From Candidatus Phoenicimicrobium oleiphilum (GTDB lineage Bacteria; Atribacterota; Phoenicimicrobiia; Phoenicimicrobiales; Phoenicimicrobiaceae), in assembly GCA_039638295.1 (NCBI GenBank), contig JBDIWJ010000049.1, forward strand, positions 1 to 10,829: a DNA stretch of 10,829 nucleotides. Direction: 5' to 3'. The translations under genes were made by a program, and so were the position numbers. This document shows, piece after piece, positions 1 to 7,380 of the stretch; position 1 is the first letter of the stretch, and the number at the start of each line of letters is the position of its first letter. The notes beneath the pieces are model-generated. The model saw only the letters and a list, made by a program, of their open reading frames with translations, was not told where the DNA came from and did no database searches.

Positions 1-18
1 CCTGAATTCTGGATTCTT

Positions 19-124
19 AATTAGTTTTAAGAAAGATTTTAGTTTCTAATTATGTTTTTGCGCTTTTCGCTTTAAGCTTTTAGTTATATAATAATAACTG
101 TAAACCGATAACTAAAAACTAATT
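19..124. repeat. Degenerate heptamer tandem arrays in inverted arrangement downstream of pdp
   Basis: gcttttc-gctttaa-gctttta-gttatat (62-89) faces ataactg-taaaccg-ataacta-aaaacta (94-121). Perfect 10-bp inverted repeats at 78-87 / 108-117 and 19-28 / 115-124. Confidence 0.55.
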
Positions 125-133
125 TTTTTGATG

Positions 134-161
134 TGATACCCGATATGCAATATGTGATATT
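134..161. repeat. Heptamer tandem array adjoining the pdp stop codon
   Basis: tgatacc-cgatatg-caatatg-tgatatt, ending 1 nt from the stop codon at 163-165. Confidence 0.6.
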
Positions 162-162
162 C

Positions 163-1491
163 TTACAAAAACTCTTTAATTCCTTCTTTGCTAATAGCAG
201 CCAAAATTAGAGGTAATTTTTGCGGTTTTTTGTCACCTATAGTAAATGAAGACATTAATTTTTTCCTGGCGTCTTCCAATTTTTCTTTATCATTATAATA
301 GACTTCAGCTAAGTCCTCATTAATATTAACTTTATCACCTATTTTCTTTTTTAAAACAATACCAACAGAAAAATCTATTTTAGACTCTTTATTTTCTCTA
401 CCTGCTCCCAAAAGCATAGCACTCTCACCAATTAACCGAGAATCTGCTCTTTGCACATATCCACTTTTATCAGCTTTAATTTTAAAGCAAAATTTAGCCA
501 ATGGTAATAATTCTGGATTTTCAATTACCTGTAAATTCCCTCCCTGGGCTTGTACCATCTCTTTAAATTTATTAAATGCTCTGCCTTCTTCTAAAACTTT
601 TATTAATTTGTTTTTTCCCTCCTCAAGGCTATTGACTACACCACCTAATTTTAACATATAGGAACCAAGAACAATACAAAGTTGGCGTAAATCTTCCGGC
701 CCCTTATTTTTTAGTACTTCAATAGCTTCTCTAACTTCCAATGAATTCCCTATTGCAAAGCCCAATGGTTCATCCATATTCGTAACTATTGCGACAGTCT
801 CTTTCCCTATTTCCAATCCAATATCAACCATAATTTTCCCTAATTTCAAAGTATCTTCGTATCTACTCATAAAAGCGCCACTTCCAGTAGTCACATCTAA
901 CACGATTGCATCAGCACCTGCAGCAATTTTTTTACTCATAATACTGCTAACGATTAAAGGGATACTATCTACTGTTGCCGTTACATCTCTCAGAGCGTAT
1001 AGTTTTTTATCTGCTGGGGCCAAATCAGCAGTTGGACTAATAATTGATACTCCAACTTTCTTTACTATTTCTATAAATTTATTAAGACTTAGCTCTGTTT
1101 TAAAACCTTCAATTGATTCCAGCTTATCAATTGTCCCGCCAGTATGACCCAAACCACGTCCTGACATCTTGGCAACAGGAACTCCTGCAGCAGCTACCAT
1201 CGGTGCCAAAGCCAGGGTAGTAGTGTCTCCTACTCCACCAGTACTATGTTTATCCACTTTAATTCCTGGTATAGAACTTAGATCGATAATTTTCCCGGAA
1301 TTAACCATAGCTATAGTCAAATGCTTTATCTCACTATTACTCATTCCCTTAAAGTAAATAGCCATTAACATAGCAGACATTTGATAATCGGGAACTCTTT
1401 CTTCACAATATTCCTTTATCATAAAATTTATTTCCTCTTGATTTAATTCTTGGCCATCTCTTTTTTTTATAATTAAATCATAAAATCTCAA
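163..1491 (-). CDS. pdp: Pyrimidine-nucleoside phosphorylase (thymidine phosphorylase / NP-II family), 442 aa
   Basis: Family motifs KKRDG, DYQMSAMLMAI, DKHSTGGVGDTTT, KMSGRGLGHTGGTIDKLE, ADKKLYALRDVT, SIMSKKIAAG and C-terminal LGAGR. TTG start (caa at 1489-1491) with AAGGAG 9 nt upstream; TAA stop at 163-165. Confidence 0.96.
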   Translation of the reverse strand: MRFYDLIIKKRDGQELNQEEINFMIKEYCEERVPDYQMSAMLMAIYFKGMSNSEIKHLTIAMVNSGKIIDLSSIPGIKVDKHSTGGVGDTTTLALAPMVAAAGVPVAKMSGRGLGHTGGTIDKLESIEGFKTELSLNKFIEIVKKVGVSIISPTADLAPADKKLYALRDVTATVDSIPLIVSSIMSKKIAAGADAIVLDVTTGSGAFMSRYEDTLKLGKIMVDIGLEIGKETVAIVTNMDEPLGFAIGNSLEVREAIEVLKNKGPEDLRQLCIVLGSYMLKLGGVVNSLEEGKNKLIKVLEEGRAFNKFKEMVQAQGGNLQVIENPELLPLAKFCFKIKADKSGYVQRADSRLIGESAMLLGAGRENKESKIDFSVGIVLKKKIGDKVNINEDLAEVYYNDKEKLEDARKKLMSSFTIGDKKPQKLPLILAAISKEGIKEFL

Positions 1492-1500
1492 TAGAAAATT

Positions 1501-1506
1501 CTCCTT
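1501..1506 (-). promoter_or_regulatory. Shine-Dalgarno site of pdp (AAGGAG)
   Basis: ctcctt on the + strand, 9 nt upstream of the TTG start at 1491. Confidence 0.8.
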
Positions 1507-1520
1507 AAGTTAATTTAGGG

Positions 1521-1560
1521 AATTTACTAATTCTCTAATCTACCAATCTACCAAATCTCC
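1521..1560. repeat. Octamer tandem array (about AATCTACC, 5 degenerate units)
   Basis: aatttact-aattctct-aatctacc-aatctacc-aaatctcc, bracketed by a perfect 8-bp inverted repeat taatttag (1511-1518) / ctaaatta (1563-1570). Confidence 0.6.
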
Positions 1561-1567
1561 AACTAAA

Positions 1568-1722
1568 TTAGCTACCCAGTTATCCAGTTGACCAGTTAAT
1601 ACTAATTATCAATTTCAAATACAAGTCCTTAGTTACAAAATAAAATTCAGTTAATACAGTTAACCAAACTGATTTTGATTCTTTAACCGGATAACAGGTA
1701 AACTGGTTAACTGGCTAACTAT
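1568..1722. repeat. Two inverted octamer tandem arrays (CCAGTTAA / TTAACTGG) flanking an 83-bp spacer
   Basis: Left 1568-1599 ttagctac-ccagttat-ccagttga-ccagttaa; right 1683-1722 ttaaccgg-ataacagg-taaactgg-ttaactgg-ctaactat. Extra internal copies tcagttaa (1647-1654) and acagttaa (1656-1663). Confidence 0.75.
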
Positions 1723-1746
1723 CTTTACTAGGAGATACTATTAAAT

Positions 1747-1760
1747 CGATACGCGATACT
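1747..1760. repeat. Heptamer doublet overlapping the hppA stop codon
   Basis: cgatacg-cgatact, the same family as 134-161; the second unit overlaps the TAG stop (cta at 1759-1761). Confidence 0.45.
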
Positions 1761-3723
1761 ATTTTATAAATAGTGGGACAAACACCAGAGCAACTATGGA
1801 CATTACCTTAATTAAAATATTCATTGAAGGTCCAGCAGTATCCTTGAGAGGATCACCTACTGTATCTCCTATAACTGCAGCTGCATGAGCATCAGTCCCT
1901 TTCCCACCATAATTTCCCCGTTCGATATATTTTTTGGCATTATCCCAGGCCCCACCGGAATTAGCCATCATAATAGCCAATAAAACTCCTACCAATACTG
2001 CTCCAATTAATAAACCTCCCAATGCTTCTGGACCTAAAATTATCCCTATTAATATAGGAGATACTATAGCTAATAGTCCGGGCAAAAGCATTTCCTTTAA
2101 TGCACCTTTAGTACTAATATCCACACATTTAGCCGGATCAGGTTTAGCTGTTCCCTCTTTTAGACCCGGTATTTCCTTAAATTGTCGCCGAACTTCTTCT
2201 ATCATCAAAGAAGCAGTTTTCCCTACAGCATTTATTGCCAAAGCAGAAAATAGATAAGGTAGGACTCCGCCGATAAACATTCCTGCTACCACCAGAGGAT
2301 TAGTAATACTAATAGTTTCTAAACCTACAGTTTTACAGTAAGCGGAAAATAGGGCTAAGGCAGTTAATGCTGCTGAACCAATAGCAAAACCTTTTCCAAT
2401 AGCTGCTGTAGTATTACCCACAGCATCTAAGGAATCAGTAATTTCTCGAACTTTTGGGTCCAGACCAGACATTTCAGCAATTCCACCAGAATTATCAGCA
2501 ATTGGACCATAAGAATCAACTGAGACAGTCATTCCTACAATAGAAAGCATTCCTACTGCTGAAATTGCTATACCGTATAATCCTGCAAATTTAAATGCTA
2601 TTAATACAGTAAACGAAATAATAATTAAAGGTATCGTAGTACTTATCATTCCTACTGCTAATCCGGTAATAATGGTTGTCGCTGTGCCAGTAAGTGAAGA
2701 TTTTGAAATAGACTTTACCGGGTAATAATGGTAAGAAGTATAATATTCAGTAATCAATCCAATTAGAATGCCAGCAATTAATCCGGCAGTAGTAGCATAA
2801 AATATATTTAAAGTTCCAAATAAAGTGTTAGAAAGGAAGGCAGAACAAATAATTACTAAAAAACCGCTAACTAATGTTCCTTTAGTCAGGGCGTTATGTA
2901 AACTTTTCTCGTTTTTTGTTTGAACAAAAAAAGTACCTATAATAGCAGAAATTGCGCCGCAGGTAGCTAATAAAAGAGGAAACATAATTCCTTTGACCCC
3001 ATCGAACAATAATCCACCTAAAATCATACTGGAAATAACAGAGCCTACATAGGATTCAAATAAGTCTGCACCCATTCCTGCAATATCTCCCACATTATCT
3101 CCGACATTATCAGCAATAACTGCTGGATTACGTGGATCATCTTCTGGTATACCAGCTTCGACTTTTCCCACCAGATCCGCACCAACATCTGCAGCTTTGG
3201 TAAATATTCCGCCACCAACTCTGGCAAAGAGAGCAATTGAACTTGCCCCCAGAGCAAATCCATTTATCACCTCAGGATCTCTGATTAAATAATATAAACT
3301 ACCTAACCCTAATAATCCAAATCCTGCAACTGACATTCCCATCACTGCCCCACCAGAGAAAGCTATTCTTAAAGCTTTTCTAACTCCTCCTTTAACAGCA
3401 GCAAAAGTAGTCCTGGTATTTGCTTTTGTAGCCATCTTCATTCCGGTAAAACCAGCTAAACCTGAACAGATAGCACCTACTATAAAGGTTATCCCGGTAA
3501 TATATCCTCTTACAATAGTTAAAATCGAACTCACTACGATAACGAAAAAGATTAAAGTTATATATTCTCTTTTTAAAAAAGTCATAGCCCCTTGTTCAAT
3601 CATTTTAGAAATTTCTTGCATTATTTTATTACCTGGTTTTTCTCGACTTACTTTTATGAACAGAAATATTGCAAAGGCTAAGGAAATAAGCCCGCTAAGA
3701 GGGATTAAAATCTCAATTTGCAT
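1759..3723 (-). CDS. hppA: Membrane-bound ion-translocating pyrophosphatase, K+-dependent, probably Na+-translocating (654 aa from ATG 3723; the ORF track starts at 3732)
   Basis: Many hydrophobic segments plus mPPase motifs [79 protein letters not shown] and [20 protein letters not shown] (3732-3737) overlaps the first ATG and lies 8 nt before ATG 3723, which favours the second start. Confidence 0.96.
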   Translation of the reverse strand: MQIEILIPLSGLISLAFAIFLFIKVSREKPGNKIMQEISKMIEQGAMTFLKREYITLIFFVIVVSSILTIVRGYITGITFIVGAICSGLAGFTGMKMATKANTRTTFAAVKGGVRKALRIAFSGGAVMGMSVAGFGLLGLGSLYYLIRDPEVINGFALGASSIALFARVGGGIFTKAADVGADLVGKVEAGIPEDDPRNPAVIADNVGDNVGDIAGMGADLFESYVGSVISSMILGGLLFDGVKGIMFPLLLATCGAISAIIGTFFVQTKNEKSLHNALTKGTLVSGFLVIICSAFLSNTLFGTLNIFYATTAGLIAGILIGLITEYYTSYHYYPVKSISKSSLTGTATTIITGLAVGMISTTIPLIIISFTVLIAFKFAGLYGIAISAVGMLSIVGMTVSVDSYGPIADNSGGIAEMSGLDPKVREITDSLDAVGNTTAAIGKGFAIGSAALTALALFSAYCKTVGLETISITNPLVVAGMFIGGVLPYLFSALAINAVGKTASLMIEEVRRQFKEIPGLKEGTAKPDPAKCVDISTKGALKEMLLPGLLAIVSPILIGIILGPEALGGLLIGAVLVGVLLAIMMANSGGAWDNAKKYIERGNYGGKGTDAHAAAVIGDTVGDPLKDTAGPSMNILIKVMSIVALVFVPLFIK

Positions 3724-3769
3724 GTTTTTCATCCTTTCATTCTATATTTTTTATTAAATTATTATATTT

Positions 3770-3801
3770 TGTAGGGGCAAGATGCATCCGTACCCCCTAC
3801 A
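3770..3801. repeat. REP-like GC-rich palindrome with GTAG...CTAC ends between ppdK and hppA
   Basis: tGTAGGGGcaaGATgcATCcgtacCCCCTACa: 8-bp terminal inverted repeat (3770-3777 / 3794-3801) and a GAT-NN-ATC centre, GC-rich within very AT-rich flanks. Confidence 0.7.
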
Positions 3802-3853
3802 TTACCATTTTAACCACTTTTTGGATTTCAATCATATTATTAATTTTAAATTA

Positions 3854-3881
3854 TAATTTTATATTTTGCATTTTCTCTTTT
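3854..3881. repeat. Degenerate heptamer array (about NNATTTT, 4 units) just downstream of the ppdK stop
   Basis: taatttt-atatttt-gcatttt-ctctttt; low complexity, so partly expected by chance in AT-rich DNA. Confidence 0.35.
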
Positions 3882-3885
3882 AGTA

Positions 3886-6543
3886 TTATTTTGTTGTCTT
3901 TTCAAATTTTTCTTTTATCACTGCTTGAGCTGCTGCCAATCGAGCAATAGGTACTCTAAAAGGGGAACAACTAACATAATTTAAGCCTACAGAATGACAA
4001 AATTCTACGGATCGAGGTTCTCCGCCATGTTCTCCACAAATCCCTACTTCCAAATCTGCCCGAGTTTTTCTACCTAAATTTGTTCCTAATTCCACTAATT
4101 TACCTACCCCCTCCCGGTCTAAAACCTCAAAGGGATTTTCCTCTAAAATTTTATCTTCTACATACTTTAATAAAAATTTTCCTTCTGCATCATCTCGGCT
4201 TATTCCAAAAGTTGTCTGGGTTAAATCATTGGTACCAAAAGAAAAGAATTCTGCTTCTTTAGCTATTTTATCAGCAGTTAAAGCAGCTCGTGGTAGTTCA
4301 ATCATAGTTCCTACTTTATAATCTAATTTTACTTCCGCAGATTTTATCTTCTGATTAGCAATCTTTCTTGCTTTTTCACATATCGGTTTAAGTTCATTTA
4401 CATGGCTTGTTAAAGGAATCATTATCTCTGGCTTAACATTTACTCCCTTTTTGGCTAATTCTACTGCTGCTTCTATTATTGCCTCCACCTGCATCTCATA
4501 TATTTCAGGATACAATAATCCTAATCTACATCCTCGAAGTCCTAACATAGGATTCATTTCATGTAATGATTTTACCTTTGCCAGCAACTCTTCCTTTTTA
4601 TTAAGTTCATCTGAATCTGCATTTTTTAGTCTTAGGGTATTTACCTCTACTAAAATATCTTCCAAATTGGGAAGAAATTCATGGAGAGGTGGGTCGAGTA
4701 ACCTAATAATTACTGGTAGGCCCTCCATCGCTTTTAAAATACCTAAAAAATCACCTTTTTGCATAGGTAATAATTTCTTTAAGGCTTCCTGTCTACTCTT
4801 TTTATTATCAGCCATAATCATTTCTTGCATAATAGGTAATCGATCTTGTTCCATAAACATATGCTCTGTCCTGGTAAGTCCAATTCCCTCTGCTCCTAAT
4901 TCTCTCGCTTTCTGGGCATCTCCTGGTGTATCTGCATTAGCATACACACCTAAGCGCTTAATTTCATTAGCCCAGGATAATAATGTTTTAAATTCTTCAC
5001 TCATTACCGGGTCAATAGTGGGAACTTTACCAAGGAATACTTCTCCTGTTCCTCCATCTATAGTAATAAAGTCATCTTTCTTTATTACTGTATTCCCAAC
5101 TATTACCCTCTCATTTTCTGAATTAATATTCAAGGCACTACACCCAGCGACACAGGGTTTGCCCATACCTCTTGCTACTACTGCAGCATGACTGGTCATA
5201 CCGCCTCTGCTGGTTAAAACACCCTGGGCTTCTACCATTCCATGGATATCATCAGGAGTTGTTTCCGTTCTTACCAATATTACTTTTTCTCCTTGTTTTC
5301 CCAATTCTTCTGCTTCATCTGCAGTAAAAATAACTTTTCCATAAGCTGCACCAGGGGAAGCAGGTAATCCCTGGGCGATAGCATTATTCTTTACTTCAGG
5401 ATCTATTCTTTTATGTAATAATTGATTTAATTGATTAGGTTCTACTCTCAAAATTGCTTCTTCTTTAGTTATTATCCCTTCTTTAACCATATCTACAGCA
5501 ATTTTAACTGCTGCTTGAGCAGTCCTTTTACCAGTTCGAGTTTGCAATATATAAAGATTCCCTTTCTCTATGGTGAATTCGTAATCTTGAACATCTTTAT
5601 AATTTTTTTCTAAAATATCTACCACCTTAGTGAGTTCTTTATATACTTTGGGTAAATCATTTTTGAGATTTGAAAGTGGTAAAGGTGTACGAATACCTGC
5701 TACCACATCTTCACCTTGGGCATTTAAGAGGTATTCTCCATAATACTCTTTTTCTCCGGTAGACGGATTTCTAGTAAATCCAACCCCTGTTCCTGAATCA
5801 TTTCCCATATTACCAAATACCATTTCTTGAACATTTACTGCTGTTCCTAAATCATCTGGTATTTTATTGATCTTTCTATAAGTTATGGCTCTTTTATTGT
5901 TCCAGGATTTAAATACAGCATCGATAGCCATCTCTAGCTGAACTTTAGGATCCTGGGGAAAATCTTTACCAGTTTCTTTTTTGATTAATTTTTTATATTT
6001 TTCAACCAAACTCTTTAATCCATCAACATCGATTTCGGTATCTAATTTTACTCCAAGTTCTTTTTTGGTCTCCTCTAATAATTTTTCAAACTTATCATGG
6101 TCAATTCCTAACACCACATTTCCAAACATCTGTATAAATCTTCTGTAACTATCATAGGCAAATCGTTCATTTTCAGTCTTATTGATAATCCCCTGGATAG
6201 TAATATCATTCAAACCTAAATTTAAAACAGTATCCATCATTCCAGGCATAGAAATAGCTGCCCCTGAACGAACAGATACTAATAATGGATTTTTGGGATC
6301 TCCTAATTTTTTCCCAGATATTCTTTCTAAATGGCTTAATTTATCGGCTATCTGTTTTTTTAATCCCTCTGGGTATTGACAATTGTTTTTATAATATTCA
6401 ACACAAACTTCGGTACTTATAGTAAATCCTTGAGGAACCGGAAGACCTATTCTGGTCATTTCGGCTAAACCAGCACCTTTTCCGCCTAAAATAGATTTCA
6501 TTTGGGCGTTTCCTTCATCAAAAAAATAAACGTATTTTTTCAT
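3886..6543 (-). CDS. ppdK: Pyruvate, phosphate dikinase, 885 aa
   Basis: Motifs LGGKGAGLAEM, PLLVSVRSGA, SMPGMMDTVLNLG, GEDVVAGIRTP, phospho-His loop GGMTSHAAVVAR (Thr codon 5194-5196, His codon 5188-5190), FSFGTNDLTQ and GICGEHGG. Starts 2 nt after the PDRP stop, with AAGGGG inside the end of the PDRP gene. Confidence 0.98.
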   Translation of the reverse strand: MKKYVYFFDEGNAQMKSILGGKGAGLAEMTRIGLPVPQGFTISTEVCVEYYKNNCQYPEGLKKQIADKLSHLERISGKKLGDPKNPLLVSVRSGAAISMPGMMDTVLNLGLNDITIQGIINKTENERFAYDSYRRFIQMFGNVVLGIDHDKFEKLLEETKKELGVKLDTEIDVDGLKSLVEKYKKLIKKETGKDFPQDPKVQLEMAIDAVFKSWNNKRAITYRKINKIPDDLGTAVNVQEMVFGNMGNDSGTGVGFTRNPSTGEKEYYGEYLLNAQGEDVVAGIRTPLPLSNLKNDLPKVYKELTKVVDILEKNYKDVQDYEFTIEKGNLYILQTRTGKRTAQAAVKIAVDMVKEGIITKEEAILRVEPNQLNQLLHKRIDPEVKNNAIAQGLPASPGAAYGKVIFTADEAEELGKQGEKVILVRTETTPDDIHGMVEAQGVLTSRGGMTSHAAVVARGMGKPCVAGCSALNINSENERVIVGNTVIKKDDFITIDGGTGEVFLGKVPTIDPVMSEEFKTLLSWANEIKRLGVYANADTPGDAQKARELGAEGIGLTRTEHMFMEQDRLPIMQEMIMADNKKSRQEALKKLLPMQKGDFLGILKAMEGLPVIIRLLDPPLHEFLPNLEDILVEVNTLRLKNADSDELNKKEELLAKVKSLHEMNPMLGLRGCRLGLLYPEIYEMQVEAIIEAAVELAKKGVNVKPEIMIPLTSHVNELKPICEKARKIANQKIKSAEVKLDYKVGTMIELPRAALTADKIAKEAEFFSFGTNDLTQTTFGISRDDAEGKFLLKYVEDKILEENPFEVLDREGVGKLVELGTNLGRKTRADLEVGICGEHGGEPRSVEFCHSVGLNYVSCSPFRVPIARLAAAQAVIKEKFEKTTK

Positions 6544-6545
6544 TT

Positions 6546-7367
6546 TTATTCTTCCCCTTTCATTATTTTAAGTATTTGAGTAGCGATATCTTCTATAGCT
6601 TTGTTGGTTATATTAATTACTGGACATCCAATCTTTTTATAGATATTTTCTGCATAATTTATTTCTTTAAGCACCCTCCCTTTATCTGTATATATACTTT
6701 CATCTGATAAACCCAATGTCTTTAACCGTTTTCTTCTAATTTCAATTAAATTATCGGGTTCTATAGTTAAACCAATTACTTTCTTTTTGGGTAATTTATA
6801 TATACTTGAAGGTAGTTCAACTTCAAAATCCAAAATAATATTAGCAACTTTTATCCCTTTATGGGCTAAATACATACTAAGTGGTGTTTTTGAAGTCCTG
6901 GAAACCCCTAATATTACTAAATCAGCCTGGGATAAGTCTAATTCTCCTTGACAAGCATCGTATTTTACGGTAAATTCCATTGCCTCCATCCTTTTAAAAT
7001 ACTGCTTATCCATTTTTCTAATAATCCCAGGTTTTAATTTAGGTGCAATTCCACTTATTCTTTCAATATTATCTATAAGTGGTCCAAGTATATCAAAAGA
7101 AAATATTGATTTCCTTTGAGACTCTTCTTTTAAAAACGACCTTAATTCTGGTTTGACTATAGTATATACTATAAAACTTTTCTCTTTGTTAATTTTATCT
7201 ATTATTCCTTTTATGTCTTTGGTAGATTCAATATGAGCAAATAACTTTAACTTAATATTGTCAGAGTCAAATTGACTAACCGCTGCATGTACTATGTTTT
7301 GAGCAGTTTCCCCTGTTGAATCAGAAATTATATAAATAGTAGGTTTAGACTCAACCTTTTCTATCAT
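6546..7367 (-). CDS. PPDK regulatory protein (PDRP/YqfL-like, DUF299 bifunctional kinase/pyrophosphorylase), 273 aa
   Basis: N-terminal IYIISDSTGETA, YFKRMEAMEF and P-loop GVSRTSKTPLSMYLA; directly upstream of ppdK. ATG at 7367 has AGAGGTG 6 nt upstream, so it is preferred over the TTG at 7391, which overlaps glyS. Confidence 0.93.
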   Translation of the reverse strand: MIEKVESKPTIYIISDSTGETAQNIVHAAVSQFDSDNIKLKLFAHIESTKDIKGIIDKINKEKSFIVYTIVKPELRSFLKEESQRKSIFSFDILGPLIDNIERISGIAPKLKPGIIRKMDKQYFKRMEAMEFTVKYDACQGELDLSQADLVILGVSRTSKTPLSMYLAHKGIKVANIILDFEVELPSSIYKLPKKKVIGLTIEPDNLIEIRRKRLKTLGLSDESIYTDKGRVLKEINYAENIYKKIGCPVINITNKAIEDIATQILKIMKGEE

Positions 7368-7380
7368 TTTATACACCTCT

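Noticed and set aside
3807..3831. Internal promoter for hppA (TTGAAA...TAAAAT on the minus strand)
   Set aside because: The spacer is only 13 nt, incompatible with sigma70 geometry.
4451..5191. 246-aa + strand ORF
   Set aside because: Antisense in-register shadow of ppdK, Ser/Ile/Phe-rich with no recognisable motif; expected from the codon bias of the real gene.
1169..6379. Short ORFs 1169-1357, 1934-2257, 3045-3263, 4080-4262, 5431-5613 and 6182-6379
   Set aside because: All lie wholly inside well-supported genes (antisense or alternative frame) and show no recognisable protein features.
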